This document shows, one piece after another, positions 24,490 to 38,319 of a stretch of 64,000 nt of DNA. Position 1 is the first letter of the stretch. Every line of letters starts with the position of its first letter. Both the position numbers and the translations under genes were made by a program. Origin of the DNA: Lama glama (lineage: Eukaryota); the NCBI GenBank assembly GCA_028534125.1, contig CM052817.1, forward strand, positions 59,088,001 through 59,152,000. The letters are read 5' to 3'. The notes under the pieces were generated by a model. The model saw nothing but the letters and a program-made list of their open reading frames with translations, had not been told where the DNA came from and did not search any database.

Positions 24490-24785
24490 ATGAGGGAAGA
24501 TTGCTTTGGGATGGTAACATTTACATAAAGTTCTGAGGAAAAAGTGGCTGAGTCAGCCACATGGACACATTGGACAGTAATGTTTAAGGCAGAAGAAATA
24601 GCAGAACATGAGGCCAAAACGTGAAAGTCCTTTTGGAGGAAAAGTAATGAGGTGCCATGCCTAGAATTAAGTGACTAAAGCAGAAGGTAGAATGGGTGAA
24701 AGGTGGCAACTCATGCCAAGGCTGGGGGCCCTCATAAGGATTTTCATGTTTATTCTGGGTGAGATGGAAAACAACTAGAGAGTTC
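24490..24785 (-). mobile_element. L2 relic
   Basis: 'gagtcagccacatggac...aggcagaagaaatagca' and 'ttattctgggtgagatggaaaacaactagag'. Confidence 0.5.
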
Positions 24786-25009
24786 TTCCTGTGTTTCTCC
24801 TAATGTGTCTTTCCCTTCTGGGGCCACCTGCCCTCATTAGTCTCTTACTCTCTTGCATTATGCATTATTACACAGCCTCTGGAACAGTTAGAGCTCCTTG
24901 ATGCCAGAGTTTTCCCAGCCTCTACTGTCCTCTTGACTGCAAAGTCAAGCTTCATTCAGGACTTCATGGATGATCTTTCCCCTGATTAAAACTTATTAAA
25001 AACAACAAC

Positions 25010-25200
25010 AGTAATGATATCTATCATTTATAATGTTGCATTCAGTATGTAATTTAATTAAGTTACTTTTCATATTGACCTTTGAGGCCAAAAACTACTA
25101 TTGTACCTGCTTTGCAAATGAAGAAAATGTGGCTTAGAGAAGTTAAGTAATTGGCTTAAAGGTACAGCTAGATACTGGTGGGAACATGGTTTTATCCCCA
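25010..25200 (-). mobile_element. MIR SINE
   Basis: 'tttgcaaatgaagaaaatgtggcttagagaagttaagtaattggc'. Confidence 0.65.
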
Positions 25201-25269
25201 ATGCTGATCAAATGGAAGGAAACTTTCTCAGCCAATATTTAAGATCTTTCGCATAAAGATTAAAAGTGA

Positions 25270-25460
25270 GCTAGCCTGACCCAGCTTCCTGTGCCATCTC
25301 TATGTTTGGGGTCAAGTTACTGAACTTTGACTCAGTGAACTTACCTGTAAAATGGGAATCATAATACTACTTTCCTCAAAATTAAATGAGAAAATGCACA
25401 CGAAGCACTTTATACAGATCTTATTATATAATGGGCACTGAACAGATGTTAGCTAGAATC
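25270..25460 (+). mobile_element. MIR SINE
   Basis: 'caagttactgaac...cctgtaaaatgggaatcataatactac...aattaaatgagaaaatgca'. Confidence 0.7.
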
Positions 25461-27861
25461 ATTACTTTAATGTTGCCATTTACATGGCAAGATGCATCAG
25501 AACATAAGGAAATGTTTCCATGGAAATCAATATCTTTTTAGCTGTAAGATTATACACTCAGGGTATTGTTTGATCACAGCAAAGGTAGAACTGTGCCATA
25601 TAATCAATATGACAGAAACCTATATGAGCATTTAAAAACAAAAATTATTCCCTTTGTGGTTTTAAAAATACATATTTTTCTTTGTAATTATAACTTTTAC
25701 ATAAGTGACTGATTATCAGATGGATCAGTAGATGGAGAGTGGTTACTGTGACAAAGATGAATACCAAAAATATGATAATCTTCATGTTATCCAAATGCTT
25801 TACTCATCCGAAAAACTCAACTGACTATGAACATGAATAAGTAATAGAGTGGAATCTGTCATTGCTAATTGTTTTTTTTTTCCCACAATGTAGTGTTATG
25901 TCTAATGATAGCAGCTTGTACTAGGAAAAATAATGTGATGTTTCAGAAGCTTGTAAATCGTGTTGTTTGGCCAGGTTTTTAATGTACTCCTGATATGTAC
26001 CATTATTTAATTAATGTAATTACAGTCTTCCTTGTGGGCCTGTTCTTGGCTTATCTCCTACAGGAAGTGAAATGGCTTTTATTTTAAGAATACATTATTA
26101 TGGCTGGATTTTTATAAAAGCTTGTCAACACCACCCCAACCCCACTGTCTGTAGGAATATAAATCTAATGTTATTATTACATACAATGTTACTGGCTGGA
26201 AGTAAAATCTCAAATTTGTGTCTGCCCCAAATCTGAAAAGCTCAGTAGAAAGCCAATTCATCCATTTGTTTGGATCAATGACTTTGAACTAATACTACTT
26301 GCTGAATACTTCCTTGAAATATAATCTTACAAGAAACTAAATTTATGAAATCAAAAAATGTGGAATTTCTCTGTGAGCTATGGGTAGACTGGCAATCCTC
26401 AGTATTCCCAGGGCTTCTCCAGGACAACCTCAGGTGTCCGAGGAGTAACATCTGCCCTAGGTACTCTGCGTACATCTCCAGGGACACCTACCTGTCAGAG
26501 AGCAATGTTTTTTGACTGTAAACTATAGGCTCCATGTAGTTCTAGATGGCATGACCTGTACTAAAAGAACACTGTATAAGAAGCAGCCATTATTAAACCT
26601 AAAGTTAAGATGTCATAGAAGAAGTTTATTGATTTATACTATGAGAATCCTCAGGAGGAATTTCTCTCTGGTCTTAGGCTTTTCCTGAGCAATTTTGTGA
26701 TTGAAGGAATAGAGGAAATCTTCACAGAGGTATAGATCTTTGAACTCAACAATTTTATAATGGATTATTTTATAGGATCATTCCAGAGGAAGGGATTTTA
26801 TATAGTTAAGAAAGCACATGGTGAGCTCAGTGAACAAGTGCTTTGGTGTGTGGGTAGCATGAAATACGTGAAATAGTATTTTAAGAAATAATGCTAGATA
26901 CGTAAGTTCTCATTTTACATAATGTGGACATTATATTTTGCATGTTCCATTAAAAGATTTTGAGAAACAGACTTATAATGATAGGAAATCTCTGAAAGAA
27001 ATGTAGAATATTCATAAATATTATCCTCAAGGAGCATACAAATTCCTGGGCAAGATAAGTTTTCCAAAGAAATAAATATAATTAAACTTAGAAAGTCTGA
27101 TGGATATGAGCCTTTGAGTAATTTTATGCAGCTTAATAGAGAGCTGTATTTTTTAAATTCTTGATTTTTAATTGAATTAGATTCTTAAAGTTCTTATAGT
27201 GCTTTATAACGTTTAAAAGTTTCACACAGATGATTTCATATAATTCCATAATAAAATTTCCCCCTACCCCTGTTTTGCCCCTCCCCACTTTCCTTTCCCC
27301 ACTGGTAACCACTAGTTTGTTCTATCTGTGAGTCTGCTTCTTTTTTCTTACATTCATTAGTTTGTCGTATTTTTTAGATTCCACGTATAAGTGATATCAT
27401 ACAGTATTTGTCTTTCTCTGACTTATTTCACTTAGCATAATGCCCTCCAAATCCATCCATGTTGGGGCAAATGGCAACATTTTATTCTTTATGGCTGAGT
27501 AGTATTCCATTGTATGTATATAGTGCATCTTCTTTATCCATTCTTCAGTTAATTGACACTGAGGTTGCTCCCATACATTGGCAATGGTAAATAATGCTGC
27601 TATGAACATTGGGGTGCATGTGTTCTTTCAAGTTAGTGTCTGAATTCTTCATATACATACCCAGGAGTAGAATTGCTGGGTCATGTGGTAGTTTTATTTT
27701 TACTTTTTTGAAAAACCTGCATAATGTTTTCCACAGTGGCTTCACCAATTTACATTCCAATCAACAGTGTCCAAGGGTTCCCTTTTCTCCATATCCTCGC
27801 CAACATTTGCTATTATTTTGATGATAGCTGTTCTGATCGGTATGAGGTGATATCTCACTGT

Positions 27862-28221
27862 TTTTCTTTTTTTTTGAAATATAGTCATTTTACCAATGTT
27901 ATATTAATTTCTGGAATACAGAATAGTGATACAGTTATAATATATATTATATATTTATATATATATTCCTCTTTATTATAGGCTACTACAAGGTACTGAA
28001 TATAGTTCCCTGTGCTATACAGTAGGACCTTTTTGTTAATCTATTTTATATATAGTAGTTAGTATCTGCAAATCCCAAACTCCCAGTTTATCTCTTCATC
28101 CCCCCTTCCATCTGGTAACTATAAGTTTGTTTTCTATGTCTATGAGTCTGTTTCTGTTTTGTAAATAAGTTCATTTGTGTCTTTTTTTTTTTTTTTAGAT
28201 TCCACATAGAAGGGATATCAT
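27862..28221 (-). mobile_element. Nested 5'-truncated L1 3'UTR insertion
   Basis: Poly-T then 'gaaatatagtcattttaccaatgtt...atagttccctgtgctatacagtagg...tttagattccacat'. Imperfect TSD gtgatatctcactgt / gtgatattttcactgt. Confidence 0.8.
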
Positions 28222-28906
28222 GTGATATTTTCACTGTAGTTTTTATTTGCATTTCCCTGATGATTAGTGATGTTGAGCATCTTTTCATGTGCCTGTTGAC
28301 CATCTGTATGTTTTCTTTGGAAAAATGTCTATTCAGTTCTTCTGCCCATTTTTTGATTGAGTTGTTTGTTTTGTTTGATGTTGAGCTGTATGAGCTGTTT
28401 ATATATGTTGTATATCAACTGCTTATCGGTCATATCATTTGCAAATATCTTCTCCCATTTAGTAGGTCATATTTTCATTTTGTCTATGGTTTTATTTGCT
28501 GTGCAAAAGCTTTAAATTTAATTAGGTCCCATTTATTTATTTTTGCTTTTGTTTCCTTTGCTTTTGGAGACAGAATCAAAAAAATATTACTGCGATCTAT
28601 GTCAAAAGAGTGTTCTGCTTATGTTTTCCTCTAGAAGTTGTATGGTGTCTGGTCTTACATTTAGGTCTTTAATCCACTTTGAGTTTATTTTTGTATATGG
28701 TATTAGAGATTGTTCTAATTTCATTCTTTTAGAGGTAGCTGTCCAGTTTTCCAAGCACCACTTATTGAAGAAGTTATCTTTTCTTCATTATATATTCTTG
28801 CCTTCTTTGTCATAAATTAATTGATCATAAGTGTATGGATATATTTCTGGGCTCTTTATTCTCTTTCATTGATCTATGTATCTGATTTTGTGCCAGTACC
28901 ATATTG

Positions 28907-29005
28907 TTTTTTTCTTTCTTTTTTTTGTTGATGTACAGTTAGTTACAATATGTCAGTTTATGGTGTACAGCACAATGTCTCATTCATGCATATACATACA
29001 TATAT
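28907..29005 (-). mobile_element. Nested ~100-bp L1 3' tail
   Basis: Poly-T plus 'gttgatgtacagttagttacaat...ggtgtacagcac'. TSD ccagtaccatattg (28893-28906) / ccagtactatactg (29006-29019). Confidence 0.8.
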
Positions 29006-29860
29006 CCAGTACTATACTGTTTTGATTACTGTAGCTTTGTAGTATAGCCTTAAGTCAAGAAGCATAACTTCATGTGGAGATTCCTACTCTGTTCTTTTTT
29101 TCTCAGGATTGTTTTGGCTATTTGAGGTCTTTCATGTTTCTATACAAATTTTTAAGTTATTCTGGTCTTGTGAAAAATGCCATAGTTACTTTGATATGGA
29201 TAGGAATTGTATTGATAGGGATTACATTGCCTTGGTTCATATAATCATTTTAACAATATTAATTCTTCTGATCTAAGAACACAGTATATTTTTCCATCTG
29301 TTTGTGTTGTCTTTACATTCTTTCATCAGTGTCTTAGTTTTTCAAGTACAGATCTTTTACCTCCTTAGGTAGATTTATTCCTAGGTATTTTATTCTTTTT
29401 GATGCAATGGTAAATGGGTTTGTTTCCTTACTTTCTCTTTCTCATAGTTCATTGTTAGTGTATAGAAATACAACAGATTTCTGTAATTAATCTGCATCCT
29501 GCAACTTTACCTAATTCATTGCTGAGCTCTGGTAGTTTTCTGGTGACGTCTTTAGGATTTTCTATATAGTATCATGTCATCTGCAGACAGTGACAGTTTT
29601 ACTTCTTCCTTTCCTGATTGCTATAGGCTAGGACTTGCAAATTATGTTGGATAAAAGAAGCAAGAGTGAACATATACATATGTGTTTGTATGCGTGTGTG
29701 TGTGTGTGTATTCAAATACATTGCTTTCCTATGCCTTCTTCAGAGAATATCATTGATCTACTTTATTACCTGGTAAAGAATGCAAAGGTAGATAATTAAA
29801 CCTAAAATTGAAAGTCAGTAAATGTTTATTTGTATTATTGAAGATAGTTGGGTATAAATT

Positions 29861-30031
29861 CTTTCTTTTTTTCCTATTTTTTTTTATTGAGGTATAGTCA
29901 CTTTACAATGTTGTATCATTTTCTGGTGTACAGCATAATGTTTCAGTTATACATGTGCATACATATATTCCCTTTCATATTCTTTTTTATTATAGGTTAC
30001 TACAAGGTACTGAATATACTTCCCTGTGCTA
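29861..30031 (-). mobile_element. 5'-truncated L1 3' tail
   Basis: T-rich tail plus 'attgaggtatagtcactttacaatgttg...ttactacaaggtactgaatatacttccctgtgcta'. TSD gggtataaatt (29850-29860) / gggtgtaaatt (30032-30042). Confidence 0.85.
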
Positions 30032-31369
30032 GGGTGTAAATTATTTTTCAATATACTTGAATCCTAGAGCCAAAATTTGTTTATTATGAAATAAAATTTA
30101 AAGTCTTTTAAACAAAACACATTAAAATGTAGTCATTGCTATTTTCCAGTTACAACTTAAAAAGCAATAATTATAGGATACTTATCATTTCATCTTTCTT
30201 GGTAATTAAGAATCACCATTATGAGAACACATCATTATCACAGGAAAATTATGTAGTCTTTCTGAGTTTGTTCTTAGTCTGTCAGCTGGCACTTCCATTT
30301 TTGGTATGCTCTTCTCTGACTCGTCCCTAATTCTAGTGACTGTTTCTAATTATCTGTAAATCAGTTGCCTAGGACAGCAGATTGAGTGATGGTCTAAGAA
30401 ATGGTCCTAAGAAGGATGGGACTTCCTGATAAGGAAAATGTCAGTATATGTTAAAATTTCATAATTTGATTTTATTCAAAATACATTTCCTTTTCAATAA
30501 ACTGTTGATATCATTAATTGCTTTTCTCAGTATCACAAATATCTATTTTTAGAAACAGAATTGAGCTAAAGTAAGTCTCAGAAGTGTTGAAAATTAACAG
30601 CACAGAGGACAACTCACTATGTATTTCTGTGTGACTATCTTTCTCCAGCGCAGCTCTTTACAGTGTCTCACGTGCAGAGACAGAAGACTAGCCATGGGCA
30701 ACCCAGAGGAATTGCAAAACAGTATTTTGTACTGTATTTCAAAAGACAATATCTCTGTATACTCATTTCTACTGCTAATTTTGGATATGATTTCTGTTGA
30801 ATAGTATGTAATACACATTTGAAGTTTCCATAAATTTTTAATTGAAATTATTGGGAATTGTAGCACAGAATTAATTTAAAAATATTCTCTATTCTGTATT
30901 TTGGTTATAGTGACTAGTAATTGCCAGTATTTGTTGTTACAAAAAGAGTAACTAGAAATATAATGCTTAGAAGTATGCACACAGTCTCATAGTGTATCTA
31001 GTCAATAGACCATCATATCCTAGATAGAACACCACTCATAGCTTGTGAAAAATCATTTAATATGTCTTCATACTTAACAATATTTATCAAAGCTAAAACT
31101 CTCACATAATTAATATAAAGGAGATTGATTTTTTCACAGCAGTGCTCAATATTTTCTTGATTTTTTTAAAAATATTTTTAATTTTAAGAGAATATCTCTC
31201 AGTCTAATCTTTATGGAGACAGATGAGAGCAAATGCTGTGATTTTTACTTTTTCACAAGTGATTGCTTTTGAGAGAAAGAGGTCATCTTTTAAAAAATAC
31301 GTTAATTTTCTTTAATGAAGACATCTAGCTTAATACTGCATTTCTGGGCAGCATGCCACACAGAAGACT

Positions 31370-31560
31370 TCCTTATTCAGAGTGTTTAAGGCTCAGGTAT
31401 CCAAATGCCCGTGCTGCACTCTCTTAGCTCTGTGATTGATTTAACTCTTCTGTACATTAGTTTTCTCACATCTCCTGCAAAATGGCGGGGTTGGGGGGAG
31501 ATTAAATTAAATGAGTATGAATACCTGCTGCCTAGCATATAATAACTGTTCAATAAAGAG
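31370..31560 (+). mobile_element. MIR relic
   Basis: 'cttagctctgtga...tttaactcttctg...agttttctca...gcaaaatgg...gagattaaat'. Confidence 0.55.
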
Positions 31561-33178
31561 ACTTTTTACCTGTTTTACTTTAAGTTTACCTGCCTACTTT
31601 AAGTTTCAAAATTACTATTAGAATCATAATCAGATATTATCTACCAGTGCCTATCTACATATGGCAGTACTTGATGAGCTCATCCATGGTATTGAGTGAG
31701 GAAAAGAAAATAATTAAGTATAAAAACCCCACAAAAATATGAAATGTAAACTTTGTTTTTTTCTATATATTGTTGATAGATATGCATACTTGAGACTAGG
31801 AACTGGTGAAAACCATCATTTTAAATGAATCGCCTCTATTTTGGTACAGATATTGCTTCTTTAATACTCTGGTTCTAATAACCTTGTTTTATGTCCCTCG
31901 CATTTCCGATACTTTCTTTGAGCTTTGATCTTATTTTATCAGGACTGTATACCTATAAGGAATTATTTTACTTCTTGCTCAAAATTTAAAATAAAGGAAA
32001 AAAAGACTCATTATCAACTGTATCACCAAGGTTTTGCTTTCTTTCATTTTGGCCCACAAATTTTTTGTCACAAGTTCTGATGCATATCTCGGTTCTGTGT
32101 TTTCCCAGTCATACAGTTTTCCTTTTTCTAATCTGAGTTCTCTGTGACCTTCCTTCCTATGGTCTGTCTCTGTATTATTTCCCACATTACTGTGAAATAA
32201 ATAATTATGTTCTCTCCTTTTTATTGAGAGAGTAATGATTCAGTGTTATGCATTGATTTAAGATGCAATTTCTGGTTTTTATAAAATATCTAGTGGAATG
32301 TTTATTTGAATCCAGACCAATGACCCTTCCCCCCAAAAAAGGAAAATTAATAAAAGAAAGCAGCAAAAGAAACAGAAAAAGAGAAGAAAAATGGAAAGTT
32401 GCCTTTCATTCCAAATCTAGAGTTTGGAAGGTCTGAAAGCCACAACTGGTAGCCAGTGTCCTTAATAAACCACTACATATTGTGGATTCTGAATGGACAG
32501 CTGTCCAAGGACAGCCATCCTTCCTAGATTCCTCTCTTTTTACTGACAGACAGACAGATGTTTGTTGTTTCATAGCTCTCTGCCAGTATACCTTTATCTC
32601 CTTGATACTTGCTGGCTTAACTTTGAAAAGAAATATTCTTGACATCTGTATAAATTATTGCTGTCAGAGCTGAGTGCTATATATGCATATAGTACATACT
32701 ATGTTTATGTGTATGAGTGTGTGTCTGTGTGTGTGTATGGAGAGACAGACTGAGTATGATATGTATGTGTGTTTTTATACAATGGAGACTGTGTAATCTT
32801 TCAAGGTATTAAAATAGTAAGAAAAAATGCTTTATCAACTTCTTTTATTTCAAAACAGTCATTTTAGCTAAAATGCTTTTTCAATTATTTTCTTAAATAT
32901 TTTATTTGAAGAAAATTCAGCTACTCAAATCCTTAGAGATTAAATTCCTAAATTTAAATAAAAGTAGATTTTAAGCATTATGAGTTTTGAATGTAGTAAT
33001 ATTTTCAAGATGTGGTTAGATAAACTTCTTGATTCATCTCAAATATTATGAGATTTATGAAACCATTAAGAATAAGAGTTGTTTTAGGGATTTTTTTTTT
33101 GGCGAGAAATTAACTTTGTAATACTCAAAACAGCTATTTCCCATTCTACCTACCTATCTATCCATCCATCCTTCCTTC

Positions 33179-33490
33179 TGCAATGGAGTGAATGCTTGTG
33201 TCACCCCACATTCGTATGTTGAAATCCTAATCACAGTGGGATGGTGTTCGGAGATGGGGCCTTTAGCAGATATTCAGATCATGAAAGTAGAGTTCATAAG
33301 AAGAGGCCAGAGAGGTAGCTAGCTCTCCTTCTGCCATATGAAGTCCCAAGAAAAAGCGAGCTCACTAGACTCCACCGTGTTGGCACCTTGATCTCAGACT
33401 TCCAGCGCCTAGAACTGTGAGAAACAAAATTCTGTTGTCACCAGCCACCCAGTCTATAGTGCTTTGTTGTAGCAGCCCAAACTGATACCG
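33179..33490 (+). mobile_element. MaLR solo LTR (MLT1A0-like)
   Basis: 'ttcgtatgttgaaatcctaa', 'ggcaccttgatctcagacttccagc..tagaactgtgagaaa', 'cccagtctatagtgctttgttgtagcagccc'. Confidence 0.88.
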
Positions 33491-33749
33491 ACTACCTTCT
33501 ACCTATATCATGGACATAGCCTAAATTGTAACTGTCAGTGACAATTTGAAAGAATTTCCTATAATCTTCTTTCAGTATTTGTGCTTTTAAGTAAAACATT
33601 TGTTAATATTTACTTACATGGAAATACTGTTCACATACTGAGAAAGCTAATGAGTCTGTAAAAATCAAAAATTTTAAATATTCACTTTAGTGAGCAAAAT
33701 GTGATAAACTGCCTTGACGATATAATAGTTAAACTGCCATGTAGTGAGG

Positions 33750-34140
33750 TGTTCAGTAAATTTTCACAGTGGGGATAAGGTTTGAGCAACATTTTGAAAT
33801 AACTGTCTAATACATTCAAGGTAATATGAATATAATGGAAACAGTGTAGAAGAGGAAGAGTTAGATCATGAAAGATCTCACATGTCATACCACTGAGCTG
33901 GACTTTATCCTTTAGTTGATAGAGAATTATAAAATAAATAAATGAATAAGCTAGTTAGTGCTGTGAGAGGATTTATAGTTAGAAAAGCTACTTTTGGACA
34001 GTTTCAAGGATAACAAACTGGGACCAGCTAAGGAGAGGTCAGAGTAAGATGAAAAATATAGTATGTGATTCACTTAAAAAGAAGTAAGAACTGAGGAGAG
34101 AGGGGAGGGATTTAAATTTACTAGCAGTTGTTGAGTGACT
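33750..34140 (-). mobile_element. L2 relic
   Basis: 'tagatcatgaaagatct...ctgagctggactttatcct'. Purine-rich L2-like sequence. Confidence 0.45.
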
Positions 34141-35599
34141 TCCATAACTTTCTACTTTACTTTTTAATAAGTTGTAATAGAGGTTACTGTCATAAAGAAA
34201 TAAATTATTAAAATTTAATTGATTTTAGTGAAGGTTTTAAAGTTCACTGAATTAATTATATTTTGGTTATATAACAGATTCAATCGTACTATAACTTATT
34301 TATGATCTATAAAGCAATATGATGTCAGGAAAATGCTGAAATAATTGTCTCACTGTGTCTTTTTCTGTCCATTTTTTCAGTTTTGTGCATCCTTCTTTCA
34401 GTTATCATTTAGTTACCAACCTTGTTACTTGGTGTTATGAGCAGAAATATTTAGAAATATATTCTCCCAAAACATATTGTCTAACAACGTGTCAGGACTA
34501 TGTCCACTGAGTGAAAATTTAAATGTTAAAGTAAAATACTAAGTTTATCAGTATTGGTCTACCCTAATTCTCTCTCTCTTTTTTATACAAATTGGTAAAA
34601 ATAATTAAAAATTACTGTGAATTCTAATGAAGGTGAGAATTTTTTTCTTCTTTAAAGTAAAATCTTCTTTAAGGTAAAATCAATACAAAATACCTTGTGC
34701 TTATTTATGACAAAGTTTTTAATAAACAATAAGAATTTAAATTCTAGAACAGCTTAGCATACTTGATAGTAAATGAGTAGATTTGTATAACAATCTTAAA
34801 AACAGTGTATTAAGTTATATCATATGCTACCTAGATAGTGGGAGAGTCTTTCAAGTCACTCTGATCTCCCACTATTATACAAAAATAAGTAAATAAAAAT
34901 AGCAGAGTTCCTGAGATGCCTCAAATGTAATTGCAGCAGATGATAATTATTTCCTTTAAAAACAACCCTAAATGAAATGGTTGAGACTGTTTCTTCATGG
35001 CTCAGATCTGGGAATACAGGAAGACATAAAATGAAAGTAAACACAGAATCACTAAACTGTTATCAAAATGTGGGGCTCTGCTTGGTCACTGGGGGCAAGG
35101 GCTGGCTTTACTGGGCTGGCGCCACCTGTCTGGCAGATTAGGATGCATGCAGTTTTAAACAAACACATCTTGTACTTTAAGAAACTTGTGGCATAAAATG
35201 CTGTATTTTAACTATTATCCAATATGTTTTCCAATATGCTTTTTAAAATCCTATACACTAAAATTATGGCTTAATTACATTTTTCCTTGAAAGGATTTGT
35301 TTTCCTGATATACTATGATTTACTATATGTGTTGGTCTCATGTAAACACTCCCTACAACAAACATATGAACATGGGGGTTATTGTGTACATAAACATTTG
35401 TAAATGTATATATTCAATTCACATATATTCCAAACTAAGTTACATAAAAAATTCACTAGGAATATGTACTTTTAGTTATGAAGGTAGAGAAGAGGAAATT
35501 GCATAGATTTATCTATGTCTCTGCATCTTAACCATCTTTACTGCTGCTATCATTTCTATACTTCGAATCAAACTTCATCTCTCCATAGATGATCTTAGT

Positions 35600-35830
35600 G
35601 ACAGCAATATATTAGTTAAAAATTACAAGCTCTAAAGTTCAACTATTAGTTTGAAATCTTAGATTCCTTTACTCATTATTTGTCCTTGGCCAATTTTCTT
35701 AACCTCTTTGAGACCTTGGGTTCCTCCTGTGAGTTATAGTTAAAAATAAAACTTTTTGCCTCTGGAGTGCTTTTGAGAATTAAATGAAATAAAAGTTTTT
35801 AGAACAGTGCCTCAATAACATGCTAAGTCT
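35600..35830 (+). mobile_element. MIR SINE
   Basis: 'tttgaaatcttagattcc...ccttggccaattttcttaacctctttgag...gagaattaaatga...tagaacagtgcc'. Confidence 0.7.
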
Positions 35831-37595
35831 GTATGCCAGTAATAAGAAGCTTTAGTGGACTCCTAAAATTATTGGGTTTGTATTTTTTTAATCCTGATAG
35901 AGCTAAGATGCTACACATTTCTTTTTAGGGAGGAAAAATAAATATGGAGTCCTGACAAAGATTGAAAAGAGACAAATGAAGTTTAATAAAACAGACATAC
36001 CTATGTTGTCAGCATAAATTGTTACCACTGTAATGTTTAGCACTTCATATAAAAGAGCTAAATATGATTTTTGATTATGAAGTAATAACTACCTATGGTT
36101 TTACAGCAGGTTTTGAAGGCTGCTGTAATGGATGATTTTTTTTTAAGGAAGATCCCATGTTCAATAATTGACACAAACCTTTAAAAGGTTTTAAAGCTAG
36201 AGATAAATAACATACATAATTTAACATATTAAAATTGAAATCAGTATCAGATAAGTTTTCCTCAGTTTGCCTTTGTTTAAAAAAAACCATGTTTATAGGT
36301 TCCATTATTAGCCTTTAAAAAGTTCTCAATGAAAGGACCAGAAAGATTAAATTAACTGACAGTTAATATTTTATAACTTATTGGCTGTAGAAAATTACAT
36401 GGCTCTTTCTTTAACGTCTAGAAGGGTCTTTCTTCCACAACTGCCCCCCCCCCCACACACACCCTAATATATCAAAGAGTATCTAGCATTATGGTTTACA
36501 GTGTGGATTACTGCAAGTTGACTATGCATCTCTAAGCCACATATATTATGCAAAACCATTGGGAACAGATGATACATTAAGAAGTGCAGCTCCGCCATGC
36601 ATCTGGTCCTTGATACTGAGAAATACAGCAGTTGAGATGGAATTTGCAAATGGAAAATCGACCCAAGGTCAGAGTTGGAAAAGCTAAATGACATTCTTTG
36701 TTGGCTTCAAAATGAGAAATCCATTTCTACTGCATGGTAAAGTTAAAATAAAAGTTACAGGAAATCAGTAAAAAGAAAATTTAGACATTTCACCTCCTCG
36801 CTTCTTTAGCTGGAAAATAATTCAGCGATTTTTGCAACTACAGAGAAAAGCGAGAATTACTTACACTGTATATTATCCCATTGGGATAACTACAGTTATA
36901 TTTCCAAAGATTCTTCCCCTTATATCTACTCTAATGGGAGAATATGGTATATAAGTGATAGACCATTACTCTAGAAGTTATCCATGGTCTTTGTTCCATT
37001 TATGTTTTTATTACTGATTGGGTGACCTTGAGAGAGTATGTTTTTCTATACTTCTCTTGATTTTAAATAAGTAGAATAGTAATTATAATTATGTCCTCCA
37101 TTTTTTCTGGAGGGATAAAAAGATTATTACCTGATTACTAGATTTATTTAGGTAAGTAAATTTTATAGTCACACTTCTCTCTTTATCTGTCTTTCGTGGG
37201 CACCTCAGGTACAGAGGGGTCACCTAATGACATTCCTCAGTTTGTAGCACCTGTCCTTGTACCTCATCCTTTTTCTTATGTATTTTTCCTACTACCCCCT
37301 TCTCCTTTTATGCACTTTTCTAAGTGAGTTTGATGAATGCACTATGATGGCAATGTTTGATGTAAAATACGTTGCATTGCATATGCTTAATTTACATAGG
37401 TATAAATCAACTTTTTTTTACTTAATCCTATGTTTAAAAGACTATGGAGTCTAATTCAGTGCTTCTAAATACTGCATAGAATTCCATTGTAAATATCCAC
37501 TACAATTTACTCATTTATTATGCCAACTGTCTTAGATTATCTCCCATTCCCTATTACTGCAAACACTGCTAAGATAAAGCATCCTGCCTTTTATA

Positions 37596-38078
37596 CACAT
37601 CTTCCACAGCTTACAGTGCAGTTACATCCCAGTAAATCCACATAAGTTAAAATATCGTAAAGTCAAAAATGCCTTTAATACACCTAGTCTAAAGAGCATC
37701 ATAGCTTAGCCTAGACTACCTTAAATGTTCTCAGGAACTTTACATTAGCCTACAGTTGAGCAAAATCATCTAACACAAAACCTATTTTATAAATAAGTAT
37801 GGAACATCTCATGTAATTGAATACTGTACTGAAGGTGAAAAACAGTAGTTGTATGGGTACAGAAAGGTTGTTAAGTGTATCCGTTGTTTACTCTCGTGAT
37901 CATGATTATGTGGCTGACTGGGAGCTGCAGCTTGCCGCCTCTGCCCGGCATCAGGAGGGTATTCTCTCGCATAATTATGCGAGCCTGGGAAAAAAGTCAA
38001 AATTCAGTATGTTTTCTGCTGAACTTGTATCACTTTTGCATCATCATTAAGTCAAAAATCGTAACTTGAGGACTTCTG
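37596..38078. mobile_element. TcMar-Tigger non-autonomous element (MER47/Tigger5 family)
   Basis: 'catcatagcttagcctag.ctaccttaaa...tacattagcctacagttg.gcaaaatcatctaacacaaa'. TA dinucleotides flank both ends (37594-37595, 38079-38080). Sits within an older L1ME-like relic. Confidence 0.85.
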
Positions 38079-38166
38079 TACCATTCTGTATTTGTGTAGA
38101 ATTTTTTTTAAGGCTTAAAACCATGATTGGAATGGCTAGGTCAAAGGATGTGCTTAATTTTTGACA

Positions 38167-38319
38167 GGGAAGGTATAGCTCAAGTGGTAGAGCACATACT
38201 TATTAGCATGCATGAAGTCCTGGATTAAATCCCCAGCACCTCCTCCTAAAATTAAATAAATAAACCTAATAACCCACCCCCCCAAAAAAGTAAAAATTAA
38301 AAAAAAAGTTTTTTAAAAC
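38167..38319 (+). mobile_element. tRNA-Ala-derived SINE (Vic-1-like)
   Basis: 'gggaaggtatagctcaagtggtagagcac...tagcatgcatgaagtcctggattaaatccccagcacctcc...aaataaataaacctaat..ccccc' plus A tail. Flanking repeat TGCTTAATTTT at 38151-38161 and 38320-38330. Confidence 0.9.

Larger units (their letters stand above)
27255..29672 (-). mobile_element. LINE-1 3' portion (ORF2 C-terminus and 3'UTR), decayed, with two nested L1 tails
   Basis: Minus-strand peptides '[34 protein letters not shown]...TWMDLEGIMLSEISQ' and '[19 protein letters not shown]' match L1 ORF2 C-terminal motifs. Frameshifts and stops present. Confidence 0.93.

Noticed and set aside
25010..25460. Adjacent inverted MIR pair as a hairpin or miRNA precursor
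   Set aside because: The copies are too diverged for evident stable pairing.
30656..30722. Acceptor-like 'tctttctccag' followed by the open peptide RSSLQCLTCRDRRLAMGNPEELQN
   Set aside because: The donor is weak ('ca|gtattt') and the peptide is unrecognised.
32494..32507. Perfect 14-bp palindrome TGGACAGCTGTCCA
   Set aside because: About four palindromes of this length are expected by chance in 63 kb.
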